Positions 1 through 8,144 of a stretch of DNA of 64,000 bases are shown one piece after another. Location of the stretch: NCBI GenBank assembly GCA_046313635.1, contig JBKBYA010000001.1:320001-384000 (forward strand). Reading direction: 5' to 3'. The DNA comes from Pyrinomonadaceae bacterium (GTDB lineage Bacteria > Acidobacteriota > Blastocatellia > Pyrinomonadales > Pyrinomonadaceae). Made by a program: the position numbers and the translations under genes. Below the pieces are notes generated by a model. It searched no databases. It was not told where the DNA came from and saw nothing but the letters and a program-made list of their open reading frames with translations. How positions within the stretch are numbered: the stretch's first letter is position 1; every line of letters begins with the position of its first letter.

Positions 1-2
1 CG

Positions 3-389
3 GAGCATCGCGAGCACGTCGAGCCAGTATTTGCCCGTATCGAGATCGAGGCTGCGCTGGCCGGTCGCCGGATGCGGCACGGCACCGAGCGCGGCCGCCG
101 CATTGGTCGCGAGCGTCGAGAGAAAATTGACGAAGCTTGCGGGGTCGTTCGCGCCGGGAATGTCCTCGCCCGACATCTCGTCATAATCGCCGACGTCCTC
201 CGCCGAATGCGGTCCGCTCTCGTCGCGAGGTGCCTGCGGCTCGGGCCGGGCGGCGGGCGGCGTTTCGGTCTCGACGGGCTTCGCGGGCTCGAGCGTCACG
301 CCTTCCTTAAGCGAGCCGTCGGCATTGAACTTTCGTCGATCGGCGACCTTGTAGGTCACCTCTTCCTGATTTTCGTCTCGTCCGATCAT
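3..389 (-). CDS. DUF1844-like protein, runs off the window start (3' partial)
   Basis: Manual translation from ATG 389: MIGRDENQEEVTYKVADRRKFNADG...PASFVNFLSTLATNAAAALGAVPHPATGQRSLDLDTGKYWLDVLAML. Absent from the ORF track because it has no stop in the window. Confidence 0.75.
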   Translation of the reverse strand, partial: MIGRDENQEEVTYKVADRRKFNADGSLKEGVTLEPAKPVETETPPAARPEPQAPRDESGPHSAEDVGDYDEMSGEDIPGANDPASFVNFLSTLATNAAAALGAVPHPATGQRSLDLDTGKYWLDVLAML

Positions 390-458
390 GATGCGTTCTA
401 GGAATATCGATATTAGCACTTCAGCGGAGCTGCTTTCGAGTCGGCAGACCGATCGTTC

Positions 459-493
459 TTGACTCTCCAGGCGCGTGCGCCTTAAATGGCTTC
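459..493 (+). promoter_or_regulatory. Putative sigma70 promoter, leaderless mazG transcript
   Basis: TTGACT-17 bp-TTAAAT-6 bp-ATG(494); no SD. Confidence 0.45.
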
Positions 494-1300
494 ATGTCCA
501 GATCCTTTGACGAATTGGTCGCCGTGATGGCCCGTCTGCGGGCCCCGGGCGGCTGCCCATGGGACCGCGAACAGACCTACGCGTCGCTCGCGCAGTACCT
601 TCTCGAGGAGGCGTACGAGACCTTTGACGCGATCCAGGAGGCCGAGCAGACGGGCGACGTCGCTAACCTCCGCGAGGAGCTCGGCGACCTTTTGCTCCAG
701 GTCGTCTTTCATTCGACGATCGCGGCGGAGAAGGGCGATTTCACGATCGACGAGGTGGCGGCCGGCATCACGAGCAAGCTTGTGCTTCGGCACCCGCACG
801 TCTTTGGCGAGGCCAAGCTCGAGACGGCCGACGACGTGCTCAGCAATTGGGACACGCTCAAGGCAAACGAGCGGAAGGCCTCGGGCAAAACGGACAAGAC
901 CGCAGACTCGCTGCTTGACGAGGTCCCGGTGCACTTTCCGGCGCTGCTCGAGGCGCTCAAGCTGACCAAAAAGGCGGCCAAGGTCGGCTTTGACTGGACC
1001 GATCCGGAGCCGATCATCGACAAGATCCGCGAAGAGATCGACGAGGTCCGCGAAGCGATTAACAGCCGCGACGCGGGCGAGGTCGCCGAGGAGATCGGCG
1101 ATCTGCTCTTTGCGGTCGTCAATCTCGCCCGGCACCTCGACGTCGAGCCGGAGACCGCCCTCAAAAAGACCAACCGCAAATTTCGCCGCCGATTCAAATT
1201 TATCGAGGACGAGCTCAAGGCCGGCGGCCGATCGCCGGAAGATGCGAGTCTCGCCGAAATGGACGATCTCTGGGACCGCGCAAAATCGGCTTCCTCGTAA
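494..1300 (+). CDS. mazG: Nucleoside triphosphate pyrophosphohydrolase MazG
   Basis: LRAPGGCPWDREQT, EEAYE, EELGDLLLQVVFH, RHPHVFG, AAKVGFDW, EEIGDLLF tandem MazG domains. Confidence 0.95.
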   Translation: MSRSFDELVAVMARLRAPGGCPWDREQTYASLAQYLLEEAYETFDAIQEAEQTGDVANLREELGDLLLQVVFHSTIAAEKGDFTIDEVAAGITSKLVLRHPHVFGEAKLETADDVLSNWDTLKANERKASGKTDKTADSLLDEVPVHFPALLEALKLTKKAAKVGFDWTDPEPIIDKIREEIDEVREAINSRDAGEVAEEIGDLLFAVVNLARHLDVEPETALKKTNRKFRRRFKFIEDELKAGGRSPEDASLAEMDDLWDRAKSASS

Positions 1301-1416
1301 AGCATAACGGGCCGACATTCCGCTCGTTCGGCATCAGTACAGCCTTCTTGCAGCCGCGCCGCGGAGCTTGACGAGGGCGGTCGCTAAACCCCGACATAAA
1401 GATACTTACCTCAGGC

Positions 1417-1432
1417 TGGCACGTTCGTTGCG
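1417..1432 (+). promoter_or_regulatory. Sigma54 (-24/-12) promoter
   Basis: TGGCACG-ttcg-TTGC matches the consensus; SD AAGGAGG precedes ATG 1490. Confidence 0.7.
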
Positions 1433-1489
1433 ACGCCTCTCACCTTCGGCGCGCTTTGCGCTCGATTTACATCAAGGAGGTATTGATCG

Positions 1490-2419
1490 ATGAAAAGAAG
1501 TTTGATCATGTCGGCCGGCTTGGCGCTCGTGCTGGCCGGCGGGGCGCTTGCTCAAGACACGACGACCACGACGGTCGTTACCAAAAAAGACGTCGTCGTC
1601 CATCCGGACGGCTCGTACACCGTCATCGAATATCCTGTCGGACGCGAGGTGACCGTTAACCTGCTGCCCGGCACTTCTCTCACCGGGGCCAAGGGCGTGG
1701 CGCGTGTGATGCGTTCGGCCGACGGCACCAAGGTGCATATCGATCTCGCCGGTGTGACGGGTGATGCGAGCGAGATGTACGTCTACAGTATCGACCCGGC
1801 CGGGGTGCCGACGCTGCTGGGACCGGTGAAGGTCACCAACGGAGCGGGCGTCGCGGAGTTTACGACGACTTCCGATAAATTCATGCTCGTCGTCTCGCCG
1901 ACCGGCAACCTGACGGCGGTCGATACTTCGACGCCGATCTTCTTCCGAAGCGAGCTGCCGAAGGGTTACGCGATCGTGCCGCGTCGGATGACAGGCGAAG
2001 AGAATGCGGTCGCCGGCGCGTCAAATGTCGGCTCGACCTACGAGGTGCCGATGCTCAACGTGCCGGGCTTCAAGGCGGGCGAGACCACAGAGGTCAGGAT
2101 CAAATTCTCCGGCGACCTGAAGGGCCTCGACGGCCGCGCGTACCTCAAGCCCGAGGGCGGCAAGACGACGATCAAGATGCGCTTCGGCGATATGCGCAAG
2201 GTGCCGGCCAACACGCGCTTTGTCCTCTGGGCAAAAGCTCCGGACGGTTCATACACCAAGCTCGGCCAGGTCATCAACACCGGCTCCCGTGACGAGTCGG
2301 AGATCCGCAGTGAGACCGCGCTGACCGACTTTGGCCTCTTTATGACGGTCGAGGACGCAGACGTCGCCGATCCGACCGGCAAGGTCTACTCGGTCTTTGG
2401 CGTGCCGCGGGTTCCATAA
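1490..2419 (+). CDS. Secreted protein with two RskA C-terminal-like beta domains
   Basis: Signal peptide (ALA-Q), strong SD; two internal repeats, the second with FVLWAKAPDGSYTKLG...FGLFMTVE...PTG. Confidence 0.6.
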   Translation: MKRSLIMSAGLALVLAGGALAQDTTTTTVVTKKDVVVHPDGSYTVIEYPVGREVTVNLLPGTSLTGAKGVARVMRSADGTKVHIDLAGVTGDASEMYVYSIDPAGVPTLLGPVKVTNGAGVAEFTTTSDKFMLVVSPTGNLTAVDTSTPIFFRSELPKGYAIVPRRMTGEENAVAGASNVGSTYEVPMLNVPGFKAGETTEVRIKFSGDLKGLDGRAYLKPEGGKTTIKMRFGDMRKVPANTRFVLWAKAPDGSYTKLGQVINTGSRDESEIRSETALTDFGLFMTVEDADVADPTGKVYSVFGVPRVP

Positions 2420-2949
2420 GGTTTGAATATCGGGGACGAACGGGGACGCGGGCCTTTTACTCGGGCCCGCGTCCTTGTTTGAAAAACTTCTTTCAGCAAA
2501 AGGAATGTGTCTCGATAGATCGACGGCTCTTCGGAGAGCCTCGGGCCGGCCACATTCAGGGTCTCGGGCCGGGCGCGCTCGAGCCAGCGCCGAACGATAA
2601 ATGCCGCGCGCCGCGCCGTGAGCGTTCTGCGGTCGATCAAGATGTGCGGCCGATGGAGCTTCGCGGCGGCAATTCTCGTCAGCCTCGTCCCGCCGCGAAG
2701 CGGACCGCGGCAAACGATGAGCGTCGCGTCCGACGCGAGCACGTTTAGGATCGTCCTCACCGACGGTTTGCAGGAACTTGTCTCGATGAGCCCTGAGTAA
2801 CGAGTCGGGACCGGCCCGTCCTCGGCGGTTCGCCCCGCCGGGATAGATCCGCCGATCTCAACGCCGAGCTCGAGTGCCGCGTCGAGCGCCGCGCGGTCGG
2901 CGCCGGTCTGCCCGCCGCTGACGATCCGAATTGGCCGATCGGTCCTCAT
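2386..2949 (-). CDS. Putative molybdenum carrier / circularly permuted YpsA (SLOG) family protein
   Basis: IVSGGQTGADRAALDAA, RTILNVLASDATL, LNVAGPRLSE motifs. Confidence 0.85.
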   Translation of the reverse strand: MRTDRPIRIVSGGQTGADRAALDAALELGVEIGGSIPAGRTAEDGPVPTRYSGLIETSSCKPSVRTILNVLASDATLIVCRGPLRGGTRLTRIAAAKLHRPHILIDRRTLTARRAAFIVRRWLERARPETLNVAGPRLSEEPSIYRDTFLLLKEVFQTRTRARVKGPRPRSSPIFKPYGTRGTPKTE

Positions 2950-3053
2950 CGGTTGTTTACAAAAACTACACGTCCGCCGCGCGGCCGTTCAAATGTGAAA
3001 CGAATCCTTACACCGCGCGGCCCCAAAAGCCTGTTAACGGCCGCCGCGCCAAA

Positions 3054-3069
3054 CGGTATGGTTATTGCA
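3054..3069 (+). promoter_or_regulatory. Possible sigma54 promoter for the 3177-5233 operon
   Basis: CGGTATG-gtta-TTGCA (GG-N10-GC). Confidence 0.4.
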
Positions 3070-3176
3070 CGGCTAATTAAGCTCATACGAAAAATACGCG
3101 AGTTCGCCGACGCGGACTCGAAACCCGTTGAATGGCAATTGTATTGGCAGAATAAAACTTTGCGAGGTGACTAAAG

Positions 3177-3824
3177 ATGGCTCAACAGAACTCGAATTTA
3201 ACAGGTAACTCGTCGGCCGACGCGCCGCGCAGCACACCGGGCGGCGCCACCGGACAGGGAGCTCCGGGCCAAAGCATTCCGGCCGCGGCGGGCGGCACCG
3301 CGAGCTCGGGCGGCGGTATGACGGCCTCGGCCGCGGCGACCGCACGCAGCGTCGTCGACACCGCAAAAGAGACCGCCGGGCAGGCCTACGAGGTCCTGAC
3401 CGACAAGGCCGCGACGACCATCGACGAAAAGAAGACGACCTTGGCGACGGGCCTGACGTCGGTCGCAGATTCGCTCAAGCAGGTCGGCGACAGCCTCGGC
3501 ACAAACGCCGGCGGCGAGAATCAGCTCGCGCGCTTCGCGGCGGAATACGGCAGGGCGGCGGCCGATCGCGTCGAGCGGCTCGGACGATATTTCGAAACGC
3601 ACGACACGCGGCAGATGGTCCGCGACGTCGAGAGCTTTGCGCGCCGCAATCCGGCCGTATTTATCGGCGCGGCTTTTGGCCTCGGCTTGCTTGCGGCCCG
3701 TTTTCTCAAGAGCTCTAAACCGGACGGCGGGATGAACTCGTCCACCGTATCATCCGGTTTTGACAGCCCGAGCGGCGGAGCCTTGGGCGGTGCCGCTGCC
3801 GGTGCATCGACAACGCGGCTTTAG
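3177..3824 (+). CDS. Ala/Gly-rich ElaB/DUF883-like stress protein with a C-terminal membrane anchor
   Basis: SD GAGGT; FARRNPAVFIGAAFGLGLLAARFLKSS motif. Confidence 0.7.
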   Translation: MAQQNSNLTGNSSADAPRSTPGGATGQGAPGQSIPAAAGGTASSGGGMTASAAATARSVVDTAKETAGQAYEVLTDKAATTIDEKKTTLATGLTSVADSLKQVGDSLGTNAGGENQLARFAAEYGRAAADRVERLGRYFETHDTRQMVRDVESFARRNPAVFIGAAFGLGLLAARFLKSSKPDGGMNSSTVSSGFDSPSGGALGGAAAGASTTRL

Positions 3825-3836
3825 CAAGGAGGATCT

Positions 3837-4238
3837 ATGGCAACTGAAATGGTGCGTAAGGACGACCGCAGTATCGGCGAGCTCTTCTCCGAACTGGCGA
3901 GCGAGACGTCGACGCTGATCCGTCAGGAGGTCGCCCTTGCTCAGGTCGAGATAACTCAAAAGGCGACCGCCGCCGGCAAGAATGTCGGCTATCTGGCCGT
4001 CGGCGGGTTTATCGGCTATGCGGGCCTGCTCGCGGTGCTGGCGGGCGTGATCATCGGTCTGTCGTACTTCATGCCGCCGTGGCTCGCGGCGTTCGGCGTG
4101 GGAGTGATCGTCGGCGTGATCGCATACGTGATGATCTCGTCGGCACTGACAGCTCTGCGGACGATGGATATGACGCCGACCGAAACGGTCGAATCGATCA
4201 AGGAGGATGCGCGATGGCTAAAAAATCAGGTGAGCTAG
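3837..4238 (+). CDS. Phage holin family (DUF1469/YqjE-like) membrane protein
   Basis: DRSIGELFSELASETSTLIRQEVALAQVE, two TM segments, PTETVESIKEDARW. Confidence 0.85.
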   Translation: MATEMVRKDDRSIGELFSELASETSTLIRQEVALAQVEITQKATAAGKNVGYLAVGGFIGYAGLLAVLAGVIIGLSYFMPPWLAAFGVGVIVGVIAYVMISSALTALRTMDMTPTETVESIKEDARWLKNQVS

Positions 4239-5233
4239 GAACGGGCCGGACGGACGCCGGAAGCCTCTCCCACAGCGAAGGGCACGACCCTCTCGTCGAG
4301 CGCTTCGGCGACTCTAGCGTCGGGGCCGCAGGCTCTGACGAGTTTGGCCTCGAAGCCGAAAACCTCGAAATGACCGGCGAGCACCCGGATGAGACAGAGC
4401 ACCTCCGGGCGCAGATCGAGGAAACGAGAAGGGAAATGGGCGAGACCATCGACGCTCTGCAGGAAAAGCTGAGCCTGTCGAACGTCCAGGAGCAGGTCTC
4501 GGAAACGGTCTCGATGGCGATCGAGACGGCAAAAGATTCTATCTACGAAGCAACGATCGGAAAGGCGGTGGGATTTATGAAAAGTGCAGGTGAAGGAATT
4601 TCAAATTCAGGTGCAATGCGGACGGTACGTGAAAATCCGTTCCCGGTCCTATTGATCGGGCTCGGAGCCGGACTGCTTGCGTATCAGAGCTATTCGGCGC
4701 GCGGGCGCCGTCTCGACGGCGGTCGCCGGATGATGTCGGGCCGTCACAACATGATGGCGGACGAGACGTCCGAATCGAATTCGCTGACCGGCGAGGCCGC
4801 GTCGTATGCGGGCCGCACTTATGAAAAAGCGGCGAGCGCGGTCGGCGGCGTTCTCGAGACCGTGAGCGGCACGGCGACGAGCGCCTACGACGGCGTGAGC
4901 CGCAAGCTCGGCAGCGCATACATGAGCGCCGGCGAGATGGCGACGCGGGCCGCCGAGGTGGCTGGCCAGTACAAGGAAAAGGCCTACGAGACCTACGACC
5001 ATTATCTCGAGGACAACCCGCTCGCCGTCGGCGCGGTGGCTCTGGCGGTCGGAGCCGCGGTCGGATTCGCCATTCCGGCAACACGATTCGAAGGCCGTAT
5101 GATGGGCGACGCTCGCGAGAATCTGCTCAACAAGGCTCAGGACATGGCCGGCGAGCTCGTCGACCGTGCCAAGCACGTCGCCGGCGAAGCCGGACGCACG
5201 ATCCAGGACGAGGCAAAAGCTCTCACTCAATAG
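4214..5233 (+). CDS. DUF3618 domain protein
   Basis: SD AGGAGG before ATG 4214; LRAQIEETRREMGETIDALQEKLS; two ENP/DNP-hydrophobic motifs. Confidence 0.8.
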   Translation: MAKKSGELGTGRTDAGSLSHSEGHDPLVERFGDSSVGAAGSDEFGLEAENLEMTGEHPDETEHLRAQIEETRREMGETIDALQEKLSLSNVQEQVSETVSMAIETAKDSIYEATIGKAVGFMKSAGEGISNSGAMRTVRENPFPVLLIGLGAGLLAYQSYSARGRRLDGGRRMMSGRHNMMADETSESNSLTGEAASYAGRTYEKAASAVGGVLETVSGTATSAYDGVSRKLGSAYMSAGEMATRAAEVAGQYKEKAYETYDHYLEDNPLAVGAVALAVGAAVGFAIPATRFEGRMMGDARENLLNKAQDMAGELVDRAKHVAGEAGRTIQDEAKALTQ

Positions 5234-5255
5234 AGTCGCAGCACTGAGAAAAATG

Positions 5256-5282
5256 AGGCCGCCTGCAGGGGCGGCCTTTTTT
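5256..5282 (+). terminator. Rho-independent terminator
   Basis: AGGCCGCC stem / GGCGGCCT followed by a T-run. Confidence 0.8.
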
Positions 5283-5513
5283 AGTGCCGAAGCCCCCGGG
5301 CGTCAGAAGGGATCATCTCGAGTCGCCGCTATGCTTTTCTGACCGCGCCCTCTCACGTTCTTCGCGGCTATGCCGCCGGGCGGCGGGGCCGCAGTGCCGA
5401 CGCGCAGCACCGGACGGAAAAGCTCAGCTTTTCCGCTCGGCGAGGAAGACATTTCAAACAGACAACCGACCTGTGATCGCGTTGAGGGCTACGGCCCCTA
5501 CCGGCGTGCCGGT

Positions 5514-5843
5514 TCATTCTGCAAACAGCTCGGCCAGCACGGCGAGCACCTTTTTGCGGGCGTCGGCGTCGAGCTCGCCGACCTTCTTCACGAGGCGTGT
5601 CGTCTCGACCGTTCGTATCTGGTCGAGTATCACGTGACGCCGGCCGTTGAGAAACTCGATCTCGACCCGCGTCGGGTACGGCGCCCTGGTCGACGAGATC
5701 GGCGCGACGATCGCCGTCTCGACATGCCGGTTGAGCTCGTCGGGCGACACGACCACGCACGGCCGAGTGTTGCGCGCCTCGCCCGCCGAGTGGGCGGCGT
5801 CCATGTTCAGCAGGTAAATGTCGAATCGGTTTACCATTGCCAC
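5514..5843 (-). CDS. mazF: PemK/MazF family toxin
   Basis: RFDIYLLNMD, GEARNTRPCVVVSPDELN, LDQIRTV; overlaps the antitoxin 3' end. Confidence 0.9.
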   Translation of the reverse strand: MAMVNRFDIYLLNMDAAHSAGEARNTRPCVVVSPDELNRHVETAIVAPISSTRAPYPTRVEIEFLNGRRHVILDQIRTVETTRLVKKVGELDADARKKVLAVLAELFAE

Positions 5844-6079
5844 TCCCGTCTTTCAAAATTGCCGGCCTCGGCGCCGTTGAGCGAGAGATCGTCGTCCTTT
5901 TCTTCGAGCGAGACAAAGATCTCGTCCCAGTTCGAACGCGGCCTGCCCGCCTTGCGGATCAGTATCCCGTCCTCGTGCAGGACCAGATCGACCTCGCCGC
6001 TGATGCCGCTCTCGACAAGCAGCGCCTTCGGTATCCTGACACCCTGCGAGTTCCCGATCTGTATGATCTGAGCTTTCAT
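5831..6079 (-). CDS. mazE: AbrB/MazE family antitoxin
   Basis: IIQIGNSQGVRIPKALL AbrB fold, directly upstream of the toxin. Confidence 0.9.
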   Translation of the reverse strand: MKAQIIQIGNSQGVRIPKALLVESGISGEVDLVLHEDGILIRKAGRPRSNWDEIFVSLEEKDDDLSLNGAEAGNFERREWQW

Positions 6080-6113
6080 AGCTACATCGTAATTACGACC
6101 GCCTTTTTGTCAA
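6080..6113 (-). promoter_or_regulatory. TA promoter (leaderless) with overlapping palindromic operator
   Basis: TTGACA-16-TACGAT-6-ATG; perfect palindrome TCGTAATTACGA at 6087-6098 overlapping the -10. Confidence 0.65.
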
Positions 6114-6362
6114 ACGAGCGTCGCCGGCTCACCTCGTGTCCGGTTACTTAATGTTCAAGAAAGTTCTTTACAACCGCTAACGACCGGTTTACAGTCTTGA
6201 AAATTAATTCGATCTAAGGTCTCGTCAACGAGACCTCCACGACAGAGAATCCCAGCCGGCCAGCAGTTTTGATCGTTTTAAGAACATAAGGAGAGTACAA
6301 ATGTCTCATCATCTTCCACGCTCTTCCGCCTACACCCGTTCAACTGCGCGCTTTTTCACCAC

Positions 6363-8105
6363 ATGAATTACACGCGCACCGATCTCGAAAGTCCCGCCGC
6401 CAATCAAACGGATGTTCCGCGCTTTACCGTGATGCGCGACTGGGCAGAGAACTTTAATCAGGACTCCGGGGGCACCGCGCAGGAGCGGGTCTTTACCAAT
6501 ACTGCGCCAACGACGGTTTCTTACAATTCGCCCGCCGGCTTCTCGATGACTGCCGCGAAGATCGAGGTCTCGATGCAGGGCGATCCGTACAACTCGGTGA
6601 CCAGGACCTATCTCGGCGCGTCCGGCTGGCAGCAGGGCTTGCCTGTTGCGACCGAAGATTGGGCGAACGGAGCGGGCGGTTCCGAGCTCAAACGATGGAC
6701 ATGGGCCGAGTGGACGCAGGACGATACGAATCTCGCCTACATTCTCAACCCGCGGACGACCGAGACGCGTGTCGGCGACAACGCCAACGTCAAGCGCACG
6801 ACTTATGAATACTGCGCCGAGCCGATCGACTGCTCGCAGCATTCGGCCTACGGTCTGGTCAGCGCCGTGAAAGTGTACGACGCGGATCTCTCGACCGTCA
6901 TCAAAAAGGTCCACACAACGTACAACCTCACCGCACCCTACCCATCGCGCCGGATCATCGGCCTGCCGTCGATGGTCGAGGCGTGGGGCAAGAACGATCT
7001 GACGGGTTCGCTCGAGTACGTTTCGAAGGTGACCTACGGCTACGACGAGTTCGCGTTCAACGATTCGACGCTCGCACAGAGCATCTCGCCCACACAGCAT
7101 GACAACACGAATTACGGAGCGTCGTTTGTCACGGGCCGCGGCCTTCTGACCTCGACGACGCGGCACGACGTGCTCGGGCAATCGTCGGCCGTCACATCGC
7201 AGACCAAATACAACACGGCGGGAGCTCCCGTCGCCCAAATTTCTCCGTGGGACGGGACCAACACACGCAGCGTTAAGATCGGCTACGCAGACTCGTTCAA
7301 TGACGGCAATAACGTCCGCGGAACATTCGCATACCCGACGACTCTGACCGATCCGGCCGGGAACTCTTCGACTGTGAAGTACCGCTTCGACATCGGTGCA
7401 AATGTCGAGGCAACCAGTCCCGCACCGGCCGGCAATGCTTATGGCAAAAAGACGGCACGCACCTTCGACGCCGTCGGCCGGCTCATCAGAGACGCCGTGA
7501 TCCTCGGCTCAGTCGAGTATGCCTACACCCGATACGAATATCCGCAGAACGGCATTCAGTCAAAAGTCTTTTCAACGCTCGTCGACACAAACAACAACAA
7601 TCGAGGCGACAGTGCTGATGAGGTCGTGAGCGAATCGTGGTCCGACGGCGCAGGGCGAGTTCGCCGAGCCCGCAACGAGCACCCGGGCAGCACCGGCGGC
7701 TGGGCCGCGACATTGACGGATTACGACATTCTCGGCCGGGTCTTGCGTTCGAGCGTTCCGACCGAGGTCAACGCCAATTGGAATCCCGCCGGCGACGACG
7801 CCACACGAGGCTTCCTTTGGACCTCGCAAAAATACGACTGGAAAGATCGCGTGGTCCGCAAGATCAACACCGACGGCAACCCCGACCTCGCCGAGAACGA
7901 CTCGGACATCTTCTTCGATTACCAAGGCTGCGGCTGCGCCGGCGGGCAGGTCACCACCATTCGCAGCGAACGCGTACCGCGCGACGACCAGTCGAATACA
8001 TATGCCCGTCGGACGCAGCGGATCTACGAGGATATCCTTGGCCGCTCGTTCAAGACCATTGTCTACAAATGGGACGGCACGACGAGGTCCGACGATGGGA
8101 AATAG
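6363..8105 (+). CDS. YD/Rhs repeat protein, fragment 1
   Basis: YD-type repeats: TKYNTAGAP, TLTDPAGNSSTVKY, TFDAVGRL, YDILGRV, YDWKDRV, YEDILGR. Confidence 0.8.
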   Translation: MNYTRTDLESPAANQTDVPRFTVMRDWAENFNQDSGGTAQERVFTNTAPTTVSYNSPAGFSMTAAKIEVSMQGDPYNSVTRTYLGASGWQQGLPVATEDWANGAGGSELKRWTWAEWTQDDTNLAYILNPRTTETRVGDNANVKRTTYEYCAEPIDCSQHSAYGLVSAVKVYDADLSTVIKKVHTTYNLTAPYPSRRIIGLPSMVEAWGKNDLTGSLEYVSKVTYGYDEFAFNDSTLAQSISPTQHDNTNYGASFVTGRGLLTSTTRHDVLGQSSAVTSQTKYNTAGAPVAQISPWDGTNTRSVKIGYADSFNDGNNVRGTFAYPTTLTDPAGNSSTVKYRFDIGANVEATSPAPAGNAYGKKTARTFDAVGRLIRDAVILGSVEYAYTRYEYPQNGIQSKVFSTLVDTNNNNRGDSADEVVSESWSDGAGRVRRARNEHPGSTGGWAATLTDYDILGRVLRSSVPTEVNANWNPAGDDATRGFLWTSQKYDWKDRVVRKINTDGNPDLAENDSDIFFDYQGCGCAGGQVTTIRSERVPRDDQSNTYARRTQRIYEDILGRSFKTIVYKWDGTTRSDDGK

Positions 8106-8144
8106 AGCGGCACGCCCCATTGTCTACAAATGGGACGGCACGAC
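8056..8144. repeat. 28-bp perfect direct repeat flanking a 33-bp insert
   Basis: CCATTGTCTACAAATGGGACGGCACGAC at 8056-8083 and 8117-8144; insert 8084-8116. Confidence 0.95.

Noticed and set aside
3837..4238. Prophage inferred from the holin-family gene
   Set aside because: This family commonly sits in non-phage stress operons with DUF3618/ElaB-like genes; no phage genes are nearby.
494..6079. mazEFG operon as in E. coli
   Set aside because: mazG and mazEF are over 4 kb apart, on opposite strands, with unrelated genes between them.
8056..8144. Bona fide CRISPR array
   Set aside because: Only two repeats, the repeat is Rhs coding sequence, and there is no leader or cas gene. Kept only as a possible ectopic integration scar.
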